A stretch of DNA of 62,358 nt, the filler included. It is 7 parts of 7 records of this genome, joined end to end, with 100 filler letters (N's around TTAATTAATTAA, not from the genome) between each part and the next. Parts side by side here need not be neighbours in the genome. Positions count along the whole stretch, not along the records: positions 26,571 to 45,247 come from SRR20825010_9; positions 45,348 to 50,762 come from SRR20825010_10; 5 more parts are not named here. The stretch is one strand, 5' to 3'. Under the pieces are notes generated by a model. It was not told the DNA's origin, ran no database searches, and saw only the letters and a program-made list of their open reading frames with translations. Shown here in pieces: positions 39,938-49,433 of this stretch (its first letter is position 1; the number at the start of each line of letters is the position of its first letter). A program made the translations under genes and the position numbers.

Positions 39938-40561
39938 ATGGTTAAAACAATGAATGACGCAACAGATTACTGCTCAATCAAAGAGGCCTCTCAAATATTG
40001 GGGGTTTCGCCAAAAACGATTCAATTGTGGGTCGAGAAAGGCAGCCTGCGTGCCTGGAAAACTGCTGGTGGGCATCGGCGTATCATCCGCGAATCGGTGA
40101 ATGCCTTAATCAAGGCACGAAATCCTCAAGCTGCATCCAATGCCGGTTCCGGGTTGCCTAACCTGGAACAAGGCATGCGGGTGTTGATCGTTGAAGATGA
40201 GGAAGCGCTTCGCCGACTCTACGAGTTCAATGTCCGGCAATGGGCCAATTCCATTCAGGTTGAGCTGGCCAAAGATGGTTTTGAGGCATTGCTGCGCATT
40301 GGCAAGACCAAACCCGATGTGTTGATCACCGATTTGAGTATGCCGGGTATGGATGGCTTCAAGATGCTGCGTCGCCTGAGCGAGCTTGGTGAATTGGGCT
40401 CCATGTTGGTCATTGTGATCACCTCCTACGATTCAGAGGCGATACAAAACCTGGGCAGCTTGCCCGAAGGTGTTCATGTTTTTGAAAAACCAGCGCCTTT
40501 CAAGTCAATCCGGCAGCTGGTTGTGGATAGCGTGGCGGAAAAAATGGCGCTTTCCAGATAA
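39938..40561 (+). CDS. Response regulator with an N-terminal excisionase-like (HTH_17) DNA-binding domain and a C-terminal receiver
   Basis: SIKEASQILGVSPKTIQLWVEKG...KTAGGHRRI, then VLIVEDE, TDLSMPGMDG and EKP. Confidence 0.9.
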   Translation: MVKTMNDATDYCSIKEASQILGVSPKTIQLWVEKGSLRAWKTAGGHRRIIRESVNALIKARNPQAASNAGSGLPNLEQGMRVLIVEDEEALRRLYEFNVRQWANSIQVELAKDGFEALLRIGKTKPDVLITDLSMPGMDGFKMLRRLSELGELGSMLVIVITSYDSEAIQNLGSLPEGVHVFEKPAPFKSIRQLVVDSVAEKMALSR

Positions 40562-40585
40562 TTCGTGGTCGTTTTTGATTTTCTG

Positions 40586-40647
40586 AATTGGTAATAAATT
40601 ACCAATTTAATCCATTTCTCCTTGACTAAATCGGTAATATCGGTAAT
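40586..40647. promoter_or_regulatory. ATYGGTAAT operator-like sites upstream of the DUF11 operon
   Basis: Palindrome AATTGGTAAT-AA-ATTACCAATT (40586-40607). Tandem ATCGGTAAT x2 (40630-40647) just after TTGACT (40622). Confidence 0.65.
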
Positions 40648-40727
40648 TATTTCCTTAAGTGTTGATTAAGCACCTGCTCGTCCTCTGTCATTTCAGGGGT
40701 GTTTGCAAACATTGAAGGAAAAATACG

Positions 40728-41234
40728 ATGAGACCCATCACCACAGCAAGTTTGTTCGCGCTGTTGGCCGTTTTCAGCAGTGTGGTCCACAGTAAAGAAG
40801 ACGTCAAAATTGATCTTCAGGTTCATTTGGTTCAAATGGACGCCAAAGGTCTGGAAGTTTTCAAACCAGCCCAACAAGCCAATCCTGGCGACATTCTTCA
40901 GTACAAAGTGATTTGCCGGAATCAGGGCGACACCCTGGCTCGCAATGTCATGGCGATCTTGCCGGTTCCCGCACGGGAACTTGTGTTCGTGAAAGACAAA
41001 ACCGATTTGCAGAATCTTCAAGCCAGTCTGGATGGTCGGGTATTCGGTGATTTACCACTGAAGAAAATTTCCAAGACCCCGGATGGCCGAATCGAGACCG
41101 TCGATGCTGATCCCGCTGATTACCGTTTTCTGCGGTGGGCTGTTGGCGATATTCCCCCACAGAAAAGCGCCACGATGTATGCACGCATGCGTGTAGCACC
41201 TGGCGATGATTCGATTGCAGGAGGGCAACAATGA
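40728..41234 (+). CDS. Secreted single DUF11-like domain protein
   Basis: Signal peptide (VHS), ANPGDILQYKVICRNQG and LRWAVGDIPP...ARMRV. Confidence 0.8.
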   Translation: MRPITTASLFALLAVFSSVVHSKEDVKIDLQVHLVQMDAKGLEVFKPAQQANPGDILQYKVICRNQGDTLARNVMAILPVPARELVFVKDKTDLQNLQASLDGRVFGDLPLKKISKTPDGRIETVDADPADYRFLRWAVGDIPPQKSATMYARMRVAPGDDSIAGGQQ

Positions 41235-43873
41235 GCAACAACAATTCCTCTGGATCCATGCAGAAATTCACGACCACCGTTGTGTGGGGTTTGTGGGTCG
41301 TTGCCTTTATCGCTTTCATGTTGGTGTGGCTGAAAGATGCGCACGCAGCCCCTGTGGCCGGAACGTCGATTGGTAACCAGGCATCAGCAACGTACACCGA
41401 CGGATCACAAACCACGCGTACGGTGACCAGTAACACAGTGGTCACGATTGTGCAGCATGTGGCCAGTTTGACCTTGACAGCCGATGGCAACAAAAACGTC
41501 ACCGCTGGTGGGCAGGTAAGCTTCCCGCACACCTTGACCAACACCGGTAACGGGGTTGACCAGTTCAGTTTGACCACGGTCAACTCGGGCGCTTTCACGT
41601 TTGATCAGGTGAAGATTTATGCCGATCTGGATGGCAATGGTGTACCCGACAATTCATCCGAGATTTCGAACACAGGCGATCTTGCACCCGGTCAGGCATA
41701 CAACTTCGTCATCGTGGGGCAGGTTCCCACCACAGCCAGTTCAGGTTCAGCCAATGACATCACAGTCACGGCGACCAGCGGGTTTGATTCCACAAAGACG
41801 GCTTCAAATACTGACACCACAACCGTGTCCAGCAATGCTGTGGTGAATGTGACCAAGTCTATTGATGTGGCCAGTGGTTCGGCTGGCAGTGGTCCGTACA
41901 CTTACACGCTGACTTACAACAACACTGGAAACAGTGCTGCGAGCAATTTGGTGATCACGGATGACATCCCGGACGGCATGACGTATGTGCCGGGCAGCGG
42001 ACGCTGGACCAGCACAGGTGCCACCGTGTTGACTGACCTGGATGCGACCGATGACCAGGGCGGCATTGTTTACGATTTCAATGTCACCACAACAGACACG
42101 GTAAGGGCAGTGATTGCAGTGGTGCCTGCTGGTTCCTCTGCCTCAATTTCCTTTCAAGTGAATGTGGATAACGGTCTTGACGCAGGCTCAAACCCAGCCA
42201 CCTTGAATACGGCTTACTACAGTTACAACGACGGCAGTGCAGATGTTGCGCAGAACTTCACGAACTCGGTGCAGTTCCGTGTTGATCAAACCGTGGCAGT
42301 AAGCTCGACTGGTGACTCCGTGGCGGCTGCAGCCCAGGGCAGTACAGTGACTTTCACCAACGTGGTGAGCAATGATGGCAACGGCGAGGACACTTTTGAT
42401 TTGACCATGATCAATTCATCGTTCCCGGCGGGCACTGCCTTCGTGCTGTACCAGGCCGACGGCGTTTCTCCTTTGCTGGACAGCGATGGTGACGGTGTGC
42501 CCGATACGGGGCCGTTGGGTCAAAATGAAAGTGTGTCGTACGTGGTCAAGGCGATTTTGCCAAGCGATGCATCCGCTGGTGGTCCCTACACGGTTGAGGC
42601 AAAGGCGACTTCGAGTGTGGATGTGGCAGTGTTTGCAGTGGCCACCGACACCTTAAGCACCATTACCAGCAACAGTGTTGATTTGACCAACGATGTGTCT
42701 GGTGCAGGTGCTCCAGGTTTCGGACCCGGTGCAGAAGCGGTGTCTGTTGACACCAATCCTGTCAACCCCGGAAGTACCACCACATTCACCCTGGCAGTGG
42801 CCAATTCAAGCAGTGTTGCAGACAACTTCAACCTGCTTGCCAGTACCGATTCGACCTTCTCCACGATTGGATTGCCAGATGGATGGAGCGTTGTGTTTCG
42901 TGATGCCAGCGGTGCCGTGATCACGAACACGGGTGTTGTCAATGGGGGTAGCACCGTCACGGTGACTGCTGAAGTGTCAGTGCCGGCAGATTATGTGCCG
43001 GGTACGGAAGACATCTATTTCCGTGCGGTTTCTCCCAACTCTGGCGCAGGCGACATTGTGCACAATGCTGTGACCGTGAATACCGTTCGCAACGTGGTGT
43101 TGGAAAGCAACAATTCCGGGCAGGTGTCGCCAGGCGGAACGGTGACCTACACGCACACCTTGTCCAACCTGGGCAATGTTACTGAGGGCAACGGCACCAC
43201 CAGCAGCATCGACTTTGCATTGGTCGACGACAAAGACGGCTTCTCTTCGATTGTTCATTGGGACATCAACAACAACGGTGTGCTGGATCCATCCGACCCA
43301 GTGGTCACCGATGCGTCGCAGTTGACCGGGGGAAGCAATGGTGCAAGTACAAATCCGGGTCTCGATCCGGGCGAAAGTGCGACGCTGTTCGTGAAGGTTC
43401 AAGCGGGCGCAAACGCCACAGCTGGTGCGATGAATACCAGCAGTTTGAGCGCAACAACCAGCGGCACCATCGATACTCAGGCCGCGCCCACAGCAGCCAG
43501 CGTGGACGATGCAACCACCGTGATTGCCGGAAGTGTGAAATTGGTCAAGAAGCAGGCACTGGATGCGGACTGCAATGGTTTGCCGGACACCGCATTCACC
43601 ACAGCCGACCTGACCAATGGTGCTGTACCCGATGCGTGTATTCGCTACGAGATTACAGCCAGGAACGTGGGTGTTTCTGAAGTGCTTGATCTGGTGGTCA
43701 GCGATGCAACACCTGTGCACACCATCTATCACGCGGTGTCCCCGGCTGCTGCGAGTGCTGGCACGGTAACGGCCCCCGCTGCCGATGACTCCGGGACCAT
43801 TCAGGTCACTGCCAACAGTCTGGCTCCGGACCAGACCCTTGTCTTGACCTTCGGCGTGAAGATCATGCCTTGA
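41231..43873 (+). CDS. Secreted multi-Ig DUF11-repeat protein (putative fibre subunit)
   Basis: Signal peptide ending AHA, DUF11 motif VTKS...YTLTYNNTGN...VITDDIPDGMTYVPGS, DxDGxG-type Ca loops, and Thr/Ser/Val-rich composition. Confidence 0.85.
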   Translation: MSNNNSSGSMQKFTTTVVWGLWVVAFIAFMLVWLKDAHAAPVAGTSIGNQASATYTDGSQTTRTVTSNTVVTIVQHVASLTLTADGNKNVTAGGQVSFPHTLTNTGNGVDQFSLTTVNSGAFTFDQVKIYADLDGNGVPDNSSEISNTGDLAPGQAYNFVIVGQVPTTASSGSANDITVTATSGFDSTKTASNTDTTTVSSNAVVNVTKSIDVASGSAGSGPYTYTLTYNNTGNSAASNLVITDDIPDGMTYVPGSGRWTSTGATVLTDLDATDDQGGIVYDFNVTTTDTVRAVIAVVPAGSSASISFQVNVDNGLDAGSNPATLNTAYYSYNDGSADVAQNFTNSVQFRVDQTVAVSSTGDSVAAAAQGSTVTFTNVVSNDGNGEDTFDLTMINSSFPAGTAFVLYQADGVSPLLDSDGDGVPDTGPLGQNESVSYVVKAILPSDASAGGPYTVEAKATSSVDVAVFAVATDTLSTITSNSVDLTNDVSGAGAPGFGPGAEAVSVDTNPVNPGSTTTFTLAVANSSSVADNFNLLASTDSTFSTIGLPDGWSVVFRDASGAVITNTGVVNGGSTVTVTAEVSVPADYVPGTEDIYFRAVSPNSGAGDIVHNAVTVNTVRNVVLESNNSGQVSPGGTVTYTHTLSNLGNVTEGNGTTSSIDFALVDDKDGFSSIVHWDINNNGVLDPSDPVVTDASQLTGGSNGASTNPGLDPGESATLFVKVQAGANATAGAMNTSSLSATTSGTIDTQAAPTAASVDDATTVIAGSVKLVKKQALDADCNGLPDTAFTTADLTNGAVPDACIRYEITARNVGVSEVLDLVVSDATPVHTIYHAVSPAAASAGTVTAPAADDSGTIQVTANSLAPDQTLVLTFGVKIMP

Positions 43874-43883
43874 GTCCCCGTTT

Positions 43884-43922
43884 CCGGCCCCGCCCGGGAG
43901 GGTAGCGGGCCGGTTTTTTTTC
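43884..43922 (+). terminator. Intra-operon GC-rich hairpin with U-tract
   Basis: CCGGCCCCGC...GCGGGCCGG followed by T9, between the 880-aa gene and the next gene. Confidence 0.8.
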
Positions 43923-43950
43923 TCAAAACGCTAAAACGAGAGGATACGAT

Positions 43951-45247
43951 ATGAATCAGTATCTGATGATCCTGCTCGCTTGGTTTTCAATGTTTTCCGC
44001 TGCCTCTGCAGTATTTGCAGCATCGACCATCCAGCCTTTGACGGCTGGTGGCACCGTGCTGAACCAGGCCAGTTTGTATTACGTCGACAACGCAACGGGT
44101 TTGCCTTCAAATCTGGCATCCAACGCTGTGCGTGTCTTCATGCAGCAATACGAAGCCGGCCTTCTGCTGAGCGATCAACGGCAACGCCGAACAGCAGGAA
44201 ATTCGGTCACGTTAAAGCATCGCCTTGTCAATACTGGCAATTCAATCACTGCGTACAACTTGCGTTTGGAGAACCATGCAAACGATCAATTTGATATTGA
44301 TCCATTGTTGCTGGTGCACGATCTCAACGAAAATGGCGAACCTGATTCTGGTGAACCCACCGTAACGTCCATCGAGCTATTGCCTGGGCAGGCTGTTGCG
44401 CTGTTGATTTCGGGCGTGGTGCCTGTTGATGCCAGTGGGCTATCAAAAATTGATGTGGTGGCCTATCGGGGCGACATCGAATTTGCACGCAACACAGACA
44501 CTGTTGAAGTAACGGCAGGTGCCGTACTGGTTTTGAGCCTTGAAGCGTCCACCCTGACACCGGTGCCCGGCGAACACGTGGAGCTGGTATTAAACACACA
44601 GAACACAGGCAATGCAATTGCCGATGGGATTGATTATGAAGTGGACGGTCGCGTTGAATCGGGTCTTCTGATTGTTCAGGAAATCGCACCGAATACGCAG
44701 TTTGTGGATGCGGGTGCCAAGGTGGGCCGGGTGTTGTACAAGACAGGAAATAACTATGATTTTTCTGCCACGCCACCGTCCGATTTAAGCCGAGTCACTG
44801 CGGTTGCGTATGTGCTTGAAAGCCTGATGCCCACAGCCGATGCTCAGTTCAATCTGACCGTTCAAGCCAATGACAATTCATCGGGTGAGTTGCCTTACCG
44901 GTCCCAGGCCTACTACGACAATGCCGTGGCAGTGGACAATTCAATGTCGTCTTCCAACCAGGTGGTTTTGCTGCTTGAGCCCAGCCCACCCGAAATTACT
45001 TACTATTCAGACCCTTCGTTTTCTGCGCCTGCCACGGCGACTCGTTTGGGCACTCCCTTGTATTTGCAGGCTGATGCAAGTGCATGCAATTCAAACGCCT
45101 CGCTTGTTGACGAGGTGGTGATCACCATTCGTTCAGAATTGTCTGGCGATGAGGAGCAGTTTCTGGGCGTGGAACAGGGTATCAACACTGGGATTTTCCG
45201 GATTCCACAAGCCATTGAAACCAGCAACATGCGGATCAGCAATATGG
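43951..45247 (+). CDS. Large secreted DUF11-like protein (3'-truncated)
   Basis: Signal peptide, VLNQASLYY...SNAV, HRLVNTGN, DLNENGEPD and PGEHVELVLNTQNTGN. Runs into the spacer. Confidence 0.8.
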
Positions 45248-45347
45248 NNNNNNNNNNNNNNNNNNNNNNNNNNNNNNNNNNNNNNNNNNNNTTAATTAAT
45301 TAANNNNNNNNNNNNNNNNNNNNNNNNNNNNNNNNNNNNNNNNNNNN
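45248..45347. other. Artificial contig-joining spacer
   Basis: N44-TTAATTAATTAA-N44. Confidence 0.99.
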
Positions 45348-45515
45348 AACCTGTCCGAGCAACACGGGATCAAAGTGGTCGTCGACAAAAAAAGCGATCT
45401 CTTCCTGGACGGAACGACCTTAGACTACTACGAAAGCCTCGAAAAAAGAGGTTTCACATTCGACAATCCCAACGCTGTCAAATCCTGTGGTTGTGGCAGC
45501 AGTTTCTCTGCCTGA
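45348..45515 (+). CDS. IscA/HesB-family Fe-S assembly protein, C-terminal fragment (not in the ORF track)
   Basis: Manual translation ...[18 protein letters not shown]...[21 protein letters not shown]. Confidence 0.92.
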   Translation, partial: NLSEQHGIKVVVDKKSDLFLDGTTLDYYESLEKRGFTFDNPNAVKSCGCGSSFSA

Positions 45516-45575
45516 GACGGTTTACCCCCCTCAGCGACACAGATTCGCAATTGATTGAGACATGGAAAGATTTTG

Positions 45576-45608
45576 CCGAGGAGCAGAGAATGCTCCTCGG
45601 TTTTCTTT
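45576..45608 (+). terminator. Intrinsic terminator
   Basis: CCGAGGAGCA-GAGAA-TGCTCCTCGG followed by TTTTCTTT. Confidence 0.85.
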
Positions 45609-45903
45609 GTTTTAAGGCCGCACTAGTTTACAGTAATAAGTGATCGGAGCCTCTTTCTCAGAGACCAATTTACGGAGAAACCGTCTACAGGGAATCTATT
45701 CGTCTTTCAGGCGTAAATGAGACCCGTGCCCTGTTCACACTGGATCCATACAGAGTGAATGATTTCAGACAGCGCTCCGTCATACTGGCCACTTCCAGAA
45801 GAGAATTCAGACAGCAAGGTCGTTTCTGCAGTCGGAATCGTCTCTGAAGTGCAATTCAAGTTATTATTAACGAAACAGAACAATAGACTAAGGAAGTAAA
45901 ACC

Positions 45904-46686
45904 ATGAAGCTGGAAGGGCGAAATGCGCTCGTAACAGGGGCCTCCCGGGGAATCGGTCGGGGATGTGCAATGGAGATGGCCAAAGCAGGGGCCAACGTCG
46001 CCATCAACTACCGCTCTCACCCTGAGGAAGCAGAAGAAGCGGCAGAAGAAGCACGCTCGTACGGCGTAAAAGCCATCACCATTCAGGCTGATGTTTCCGA
46101 CCAGGAATCGGTCGAAGCCGCGGTCGCGAAGGTCGCTGAAGAATTTGGCAGCCTGGATCTGTTCGTTTCCAATTCTGCTTACAGTGATCGTGAACTGATT
46201 CTGGATGCTGACATGGAAGGCTTCCGAAGAACCATCGATGTCACCATGTGGGGTGCCTTCTTTGGTGTGCGGGCTGCAGCCAGCCAGATGACAAAACAAG
46301 GCAACGGCGGTTCGATTGTGGTTATCAGTTCTCCGCACGCAGTCATCGCCATTCCGACCTCCGCAGCATACAACATGGCAAAAGCAGCCATCGATCATAT
46401 GGCACGAACTGCTGCCATCGAATTTGCACCGCATAAAATTCGTGTCAACACCGTACATCCCGGCTGGATTGACACTCCTGGAGAACGAAAATTCTTCACC
46501 GACGAGCAACTGCAGGCTGGTGCGGAAAATATTCCCTGGAAACGTCTGGGAATGCCCAATGAGGTCGGTAAGCTGGTCACATTTCTCTCCAGCTCCGATG
46601 CAGATTATATGACGGGTGGCACAACGACAATCGATGGTGGGATCAGTTTGCCCTGGTGGTCAAAACGTTCCGAGGGAGGCCAGTAA
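45904..46686 (+). CDS. SDR-family oxidoreductase (glucose-1-dehydrogenase-like)
   Basis: TGASRGIG, YNMAK and PGWIDT. Confidence 0.92.
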   Translation: MKLEGRNALVTGASRGIGRGCAMEMAKAGANVAINYRSHPEEAEEAAEEARSYGVKAITIQADVSDQESVEAAVAKVAEEFGSLDLFVSNSAYSDRELILDADMEGFRRTIDVTMWGAFFGVRAAASQMTKQGNGGSIVVISSPHAVIAIPTSAAYNMAKAAIDHMARTAAIEFAPHKIRVNTVHPGWIDTPGERKFFTDEQLQAGAENIPWKRLGMPNEVGKLVTFLSSSDADYMTGGTTTIDGGISLPWWSKRSEGGQ

Positions 46687-46950
46687 TCCGATCAGTAACG
46701 GACACACAAGCCAACCTGACTTCCTTCTCGGGAAGAATCTCTCAACCCCTTAATCTGTAAAGACTTCAGGTTGGTCTAGTCCTTTCATTCGTCATCAGAT
46801 ACACTATCAGGACACCGGCGTTGAAGCCTGTGCCTGCTTTTAATAATGGTCAACGCTTCTGATTTTATCGGGTTATCACTAAGATCAGACCCTGAAAAGC
46901 GAACACCCCAGACACGTTGACCAGCCAAGGCATTCCCTGAGGATCCTGAA

Positions 46951-47838
46951 ATGACCGAGAGTCAGAGTAAAATCGAACTAAAAAATCCGGTGGTCGCCGC
47001 GATTCTGGCATTCCTCATTCCAGGAGCAGGACACTTCTACCAGGGACGGATCTTTAAGGCCGCCATCTACTGCTTTTGCATCCTGAGTACTTTTTTCTGT
47101 GGCATGGCACTGGGTGACTGGAAAACCGTGTATTATCAGTCCTGGCAGGGAAAACGAAACCTGGGATACTTTGCGCAAGTTGGTGTGGGGCTGCCGGCAC
47201 TCCCCGCTTTGATCCAAAAACAGCGGTATAATAAAATGACAGCCCCCAATAATGTGGCACGTCAGGGCGCTGAGAGCAGTTTTTTTGAGACGCACCCCTA
47301 TCGCATGGAACTTCCCCTGGAAGCGCCTTTCAAGGGAACCTTGCTCGATCGCGGCGAAGATGGCAATAATATCAACGGCAAACTGGATGGTTATATCAAA
47401 CTGAAAACCGTTCCCGGTGAATTTGGACCTGAAGTCGCTGGGACCTTTGAAGGAACCCTGGACAACAAGCCGATTGAAACGCTGCAACTCGCAGATCCTG
47501 TGGGGATTGGATTACCACTGGGAGGCGATCACAACCGGCCTCTCGAATGCGCGGTCGTACGCGAAGTCAACGGCAGACGTACTGATACGGGCCATATCGA
47601 AGGCGCGATTCCGCGCTCTTTCCTGAACTGGTTTGAAATGCCGTTAACCGACCATGAGCTGGACGATATCAACAAAAAATTAGGGAAACGTTACGAATTT
47701 GCTGTGGTCTTCACCTGGATTGCCGGCCTGTTAAACCTGCTGGTCATCTGGGATGCCTTCGAAGGTCCTGCTTACGGTAGAGGTGACGAAGAAGACTTCA
47801 AACCGGATGATAAGCAGCCGGAACCTGTCAAATCCTGA
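46951..47838 (+). CDS. Planctomycete membrane protein (DUF6677-like)
   Basis: AAILAFLIPGAGHFYQGR at the N-terminus and IAGLLNLLVIWDA at the C-terminus. Confidence 0.7.
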   Translation: MTESQSKIELKNPVVAAILAFLIPGAGHFYQGRIFKAAIYCFCILSTFFCGMALGDWKTVYYQSWQGKRNLGYFAQVGVGLPALPALIQKQRYNKMTAPNNVARQGAESSFFETHPYRMELPLEAPFKGTLLDRGEDGNNINGKLDGYIKLKTVPGEFGPEVAGTFEGTLDNKPIETLQLADPVGIGLPLGGDHNRPLECAVVREVNGRRTDTGHIEGAIPRSFLNWFEMPLTDHELDDINKKLGKRYEFAVVFTWIAGLLNLLVIWDAFEGPAYGRGDEEDFKPDDKQPEPVKS

Positions 47839-47917
47839 TCAGGAAAGTCCCACTCAACAGCCTGGATCCCTCGTATCCCGTTTTAGAATTAATATAATAA
47901 TAAGGTGTTATAAGAAA

Positions 47918-48124
47918 ATGACCATTTCACTACTTTTTGCCAATCAGGTTAATGCGGTAGTGTATCTGATTCCGCTGCTGGCAGTGATCAGTCTGGTCTA
48001 TAACGCCACGCGATATGAGTTACCTCAAATCATCATTCAACGTTCGATCAGGTTTTTTTTCACATCTGTCATAATCATGGGAGCATTGATGACTTTACTG
48101 GCTTTGCTTTCGTGGAACTTATGA
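47918..48124 (+). CDS. Small two-TM membrane protein (68 aa)
   Basis: Probable start MTISLL inside the listed 123-aa ORF. Contains ISLVYNATRYE. Confidence 0.6.
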   Translation: MTISLLFANQVNAVVYLIPLLAVISLVYNATRYELPQIIIQRSIRFFFTSVIIMGALMTLLALLSWNL

Positions 48125-48323
48125 ACAGGCAGGCACTAGTTTTATGCACCGGATATTTTCCGGATCCCGCCATGCTAAAGTTTGCAGCAGAAACTTTTTG
48201 ACTTGCTAAAAAAACATTCTCATTTATTTATATTCAATTGCACTTTAGGCAAAGGTTGCACATACTCAAACGATTGCGGGGTTATGGATTCCCTTTCTGC
48301 AATTGCGAGGTTGGGATTATTTT

Positions 48324-49427
48324 ATGCAGACTAATGGTTTTGCACTGACAGAAATCGTAGATCTGGCAGATCATACAGATCTGTTTGAACTATTAGATAA
48401 TGAAAGTGTATATACACTCTCTCACCAGGGTTTCAGCGCCGGTTTTTCCAGCGTGAAAGCAATCAGTCGCTCTACGGGCATCGAAACACGTCGCCTGCTG
48501 CAGCCGGATCTTTCACCACTGGATATTGCGACTGCGATTGCAGAAAAACTGCAACTGACCGTCGGCTTTGACTGGGCTGACTGTCCGGCAATTCTGCTGT
48601 GCCATTCGCACACCCGCAACCAGTCTGCCCGTCAGCTGTGCGATCAGCTCTCTGAAAAACTGGGAGTTCCCTCCGAGCGATTTATCGCTTTAAACTACGG
48701 CTGCGTCGGATTTATCGAGTTGCTGAACCGGGCTTCCCGACTGCTGGAAGACCAGCCCGCCGGCGTGCATATTCCCCTGCTGACCGTTGAAACTCCCGAA
48801 CACTGGCACGATTCCTCAGACAAGGCATTCTGCGGCATTGTCTCTGCCGGCGCTACTGGTACCACATTGTGGCGTGGCCCCGGACACTCACTGCTGCACG
48901 TCGAAACTTCAACCGAATATATTCCCGAAGAACGCCGTAAAGCCGATATGCCTCTGTTCTGGACCGAACAGGGAGACATGTACGATTTCCGGGGACAGCC
49001 CGAGCACAAGCTTGTGATGCACATGGACGGCGAATCCGTGTTTCTGAATGGCGTTGATCTGATGCTCGAAGCGTGCCTGAAGTCTTACAAAGAAGTCTCT
49101 GGTACGACTGATCGGATTCTGATTGCCCCGCATCAGCCAAGCGGCAAACTGTTAAAAGCCATGATCGCCGCAGCGAAGCAGATTCCCATTTCCGCCGACT
49201 TCCTCAATAATCTACCGAACTATGGGAATTCGATCTCCTCAACCATTCCCACGATTCTGGCGCGACTGGATGAAGTGGTTGAGAATAACGATCATGCCCC
49301 TGTGAATCCGGGAGACCTGATTCTGCTGCCTGCAGCAGGCATCTGCATGGATCGCCTGACAGACTCCATGTGTATTGGCCGTGCAGCTTTGAGATGGCAG
49401 CCTGGTCGTTACCGGAGTGAATCTTAA
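48324..49427 (+). CDS. Divergent KAS III/FabH-like condensing enzyme
   Basis: Cys-His-Asn motifs YGCVGF, PHQPS and YGNSISSTIP, plus MDGESVF. Confidence 0.75.
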   Translation: MQTNGFALTEIVDLADHTDLFELLDNESVYTLSHQGFSAGFSSVKAISRSTGIETRRLLQPDLSPLDIATAIAEKLQLTVGFDWADCPAILLCHSHTRNQSARQLCDQLSEKLGVPSERFIALNYGCVGFIELLNRASRLLEDQPAGVHIPLLTVETPEHWHDSSDKAFCGIVSAGATGTTLWRGPGHSLLHVETSTEYIPEERRKADMPLFWTEQGDMYDFRGQPEHKLVMHMDGESVFLNGVDLMLEACLKSYKEVSGTTDRILIAPHQPSGKLLKAMIAAAKQIPISADFLNNLPNYGNSISSTIPTILARLDEVVENNDHAPVNPGDLILLPAAGICMDRLTDSMCIGRAALRWQPGRYRSES

Positions 49428-49433
49428 GATTGA

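Noticed and set aside
26586-45242. Dozens of overlapping 60-250 aa ORFs in the GC-rich contig
   Set aside because: They are shadow or antisense frames of well-supported genes and have no recognisable motifs.
46712-46774. Inverted repeat CCAACCTGA...TCAGGTTGG after the SDR gene
   Set aside because: The loop is long, there is no U-tract and there is no second copy, so no function can be assigned.
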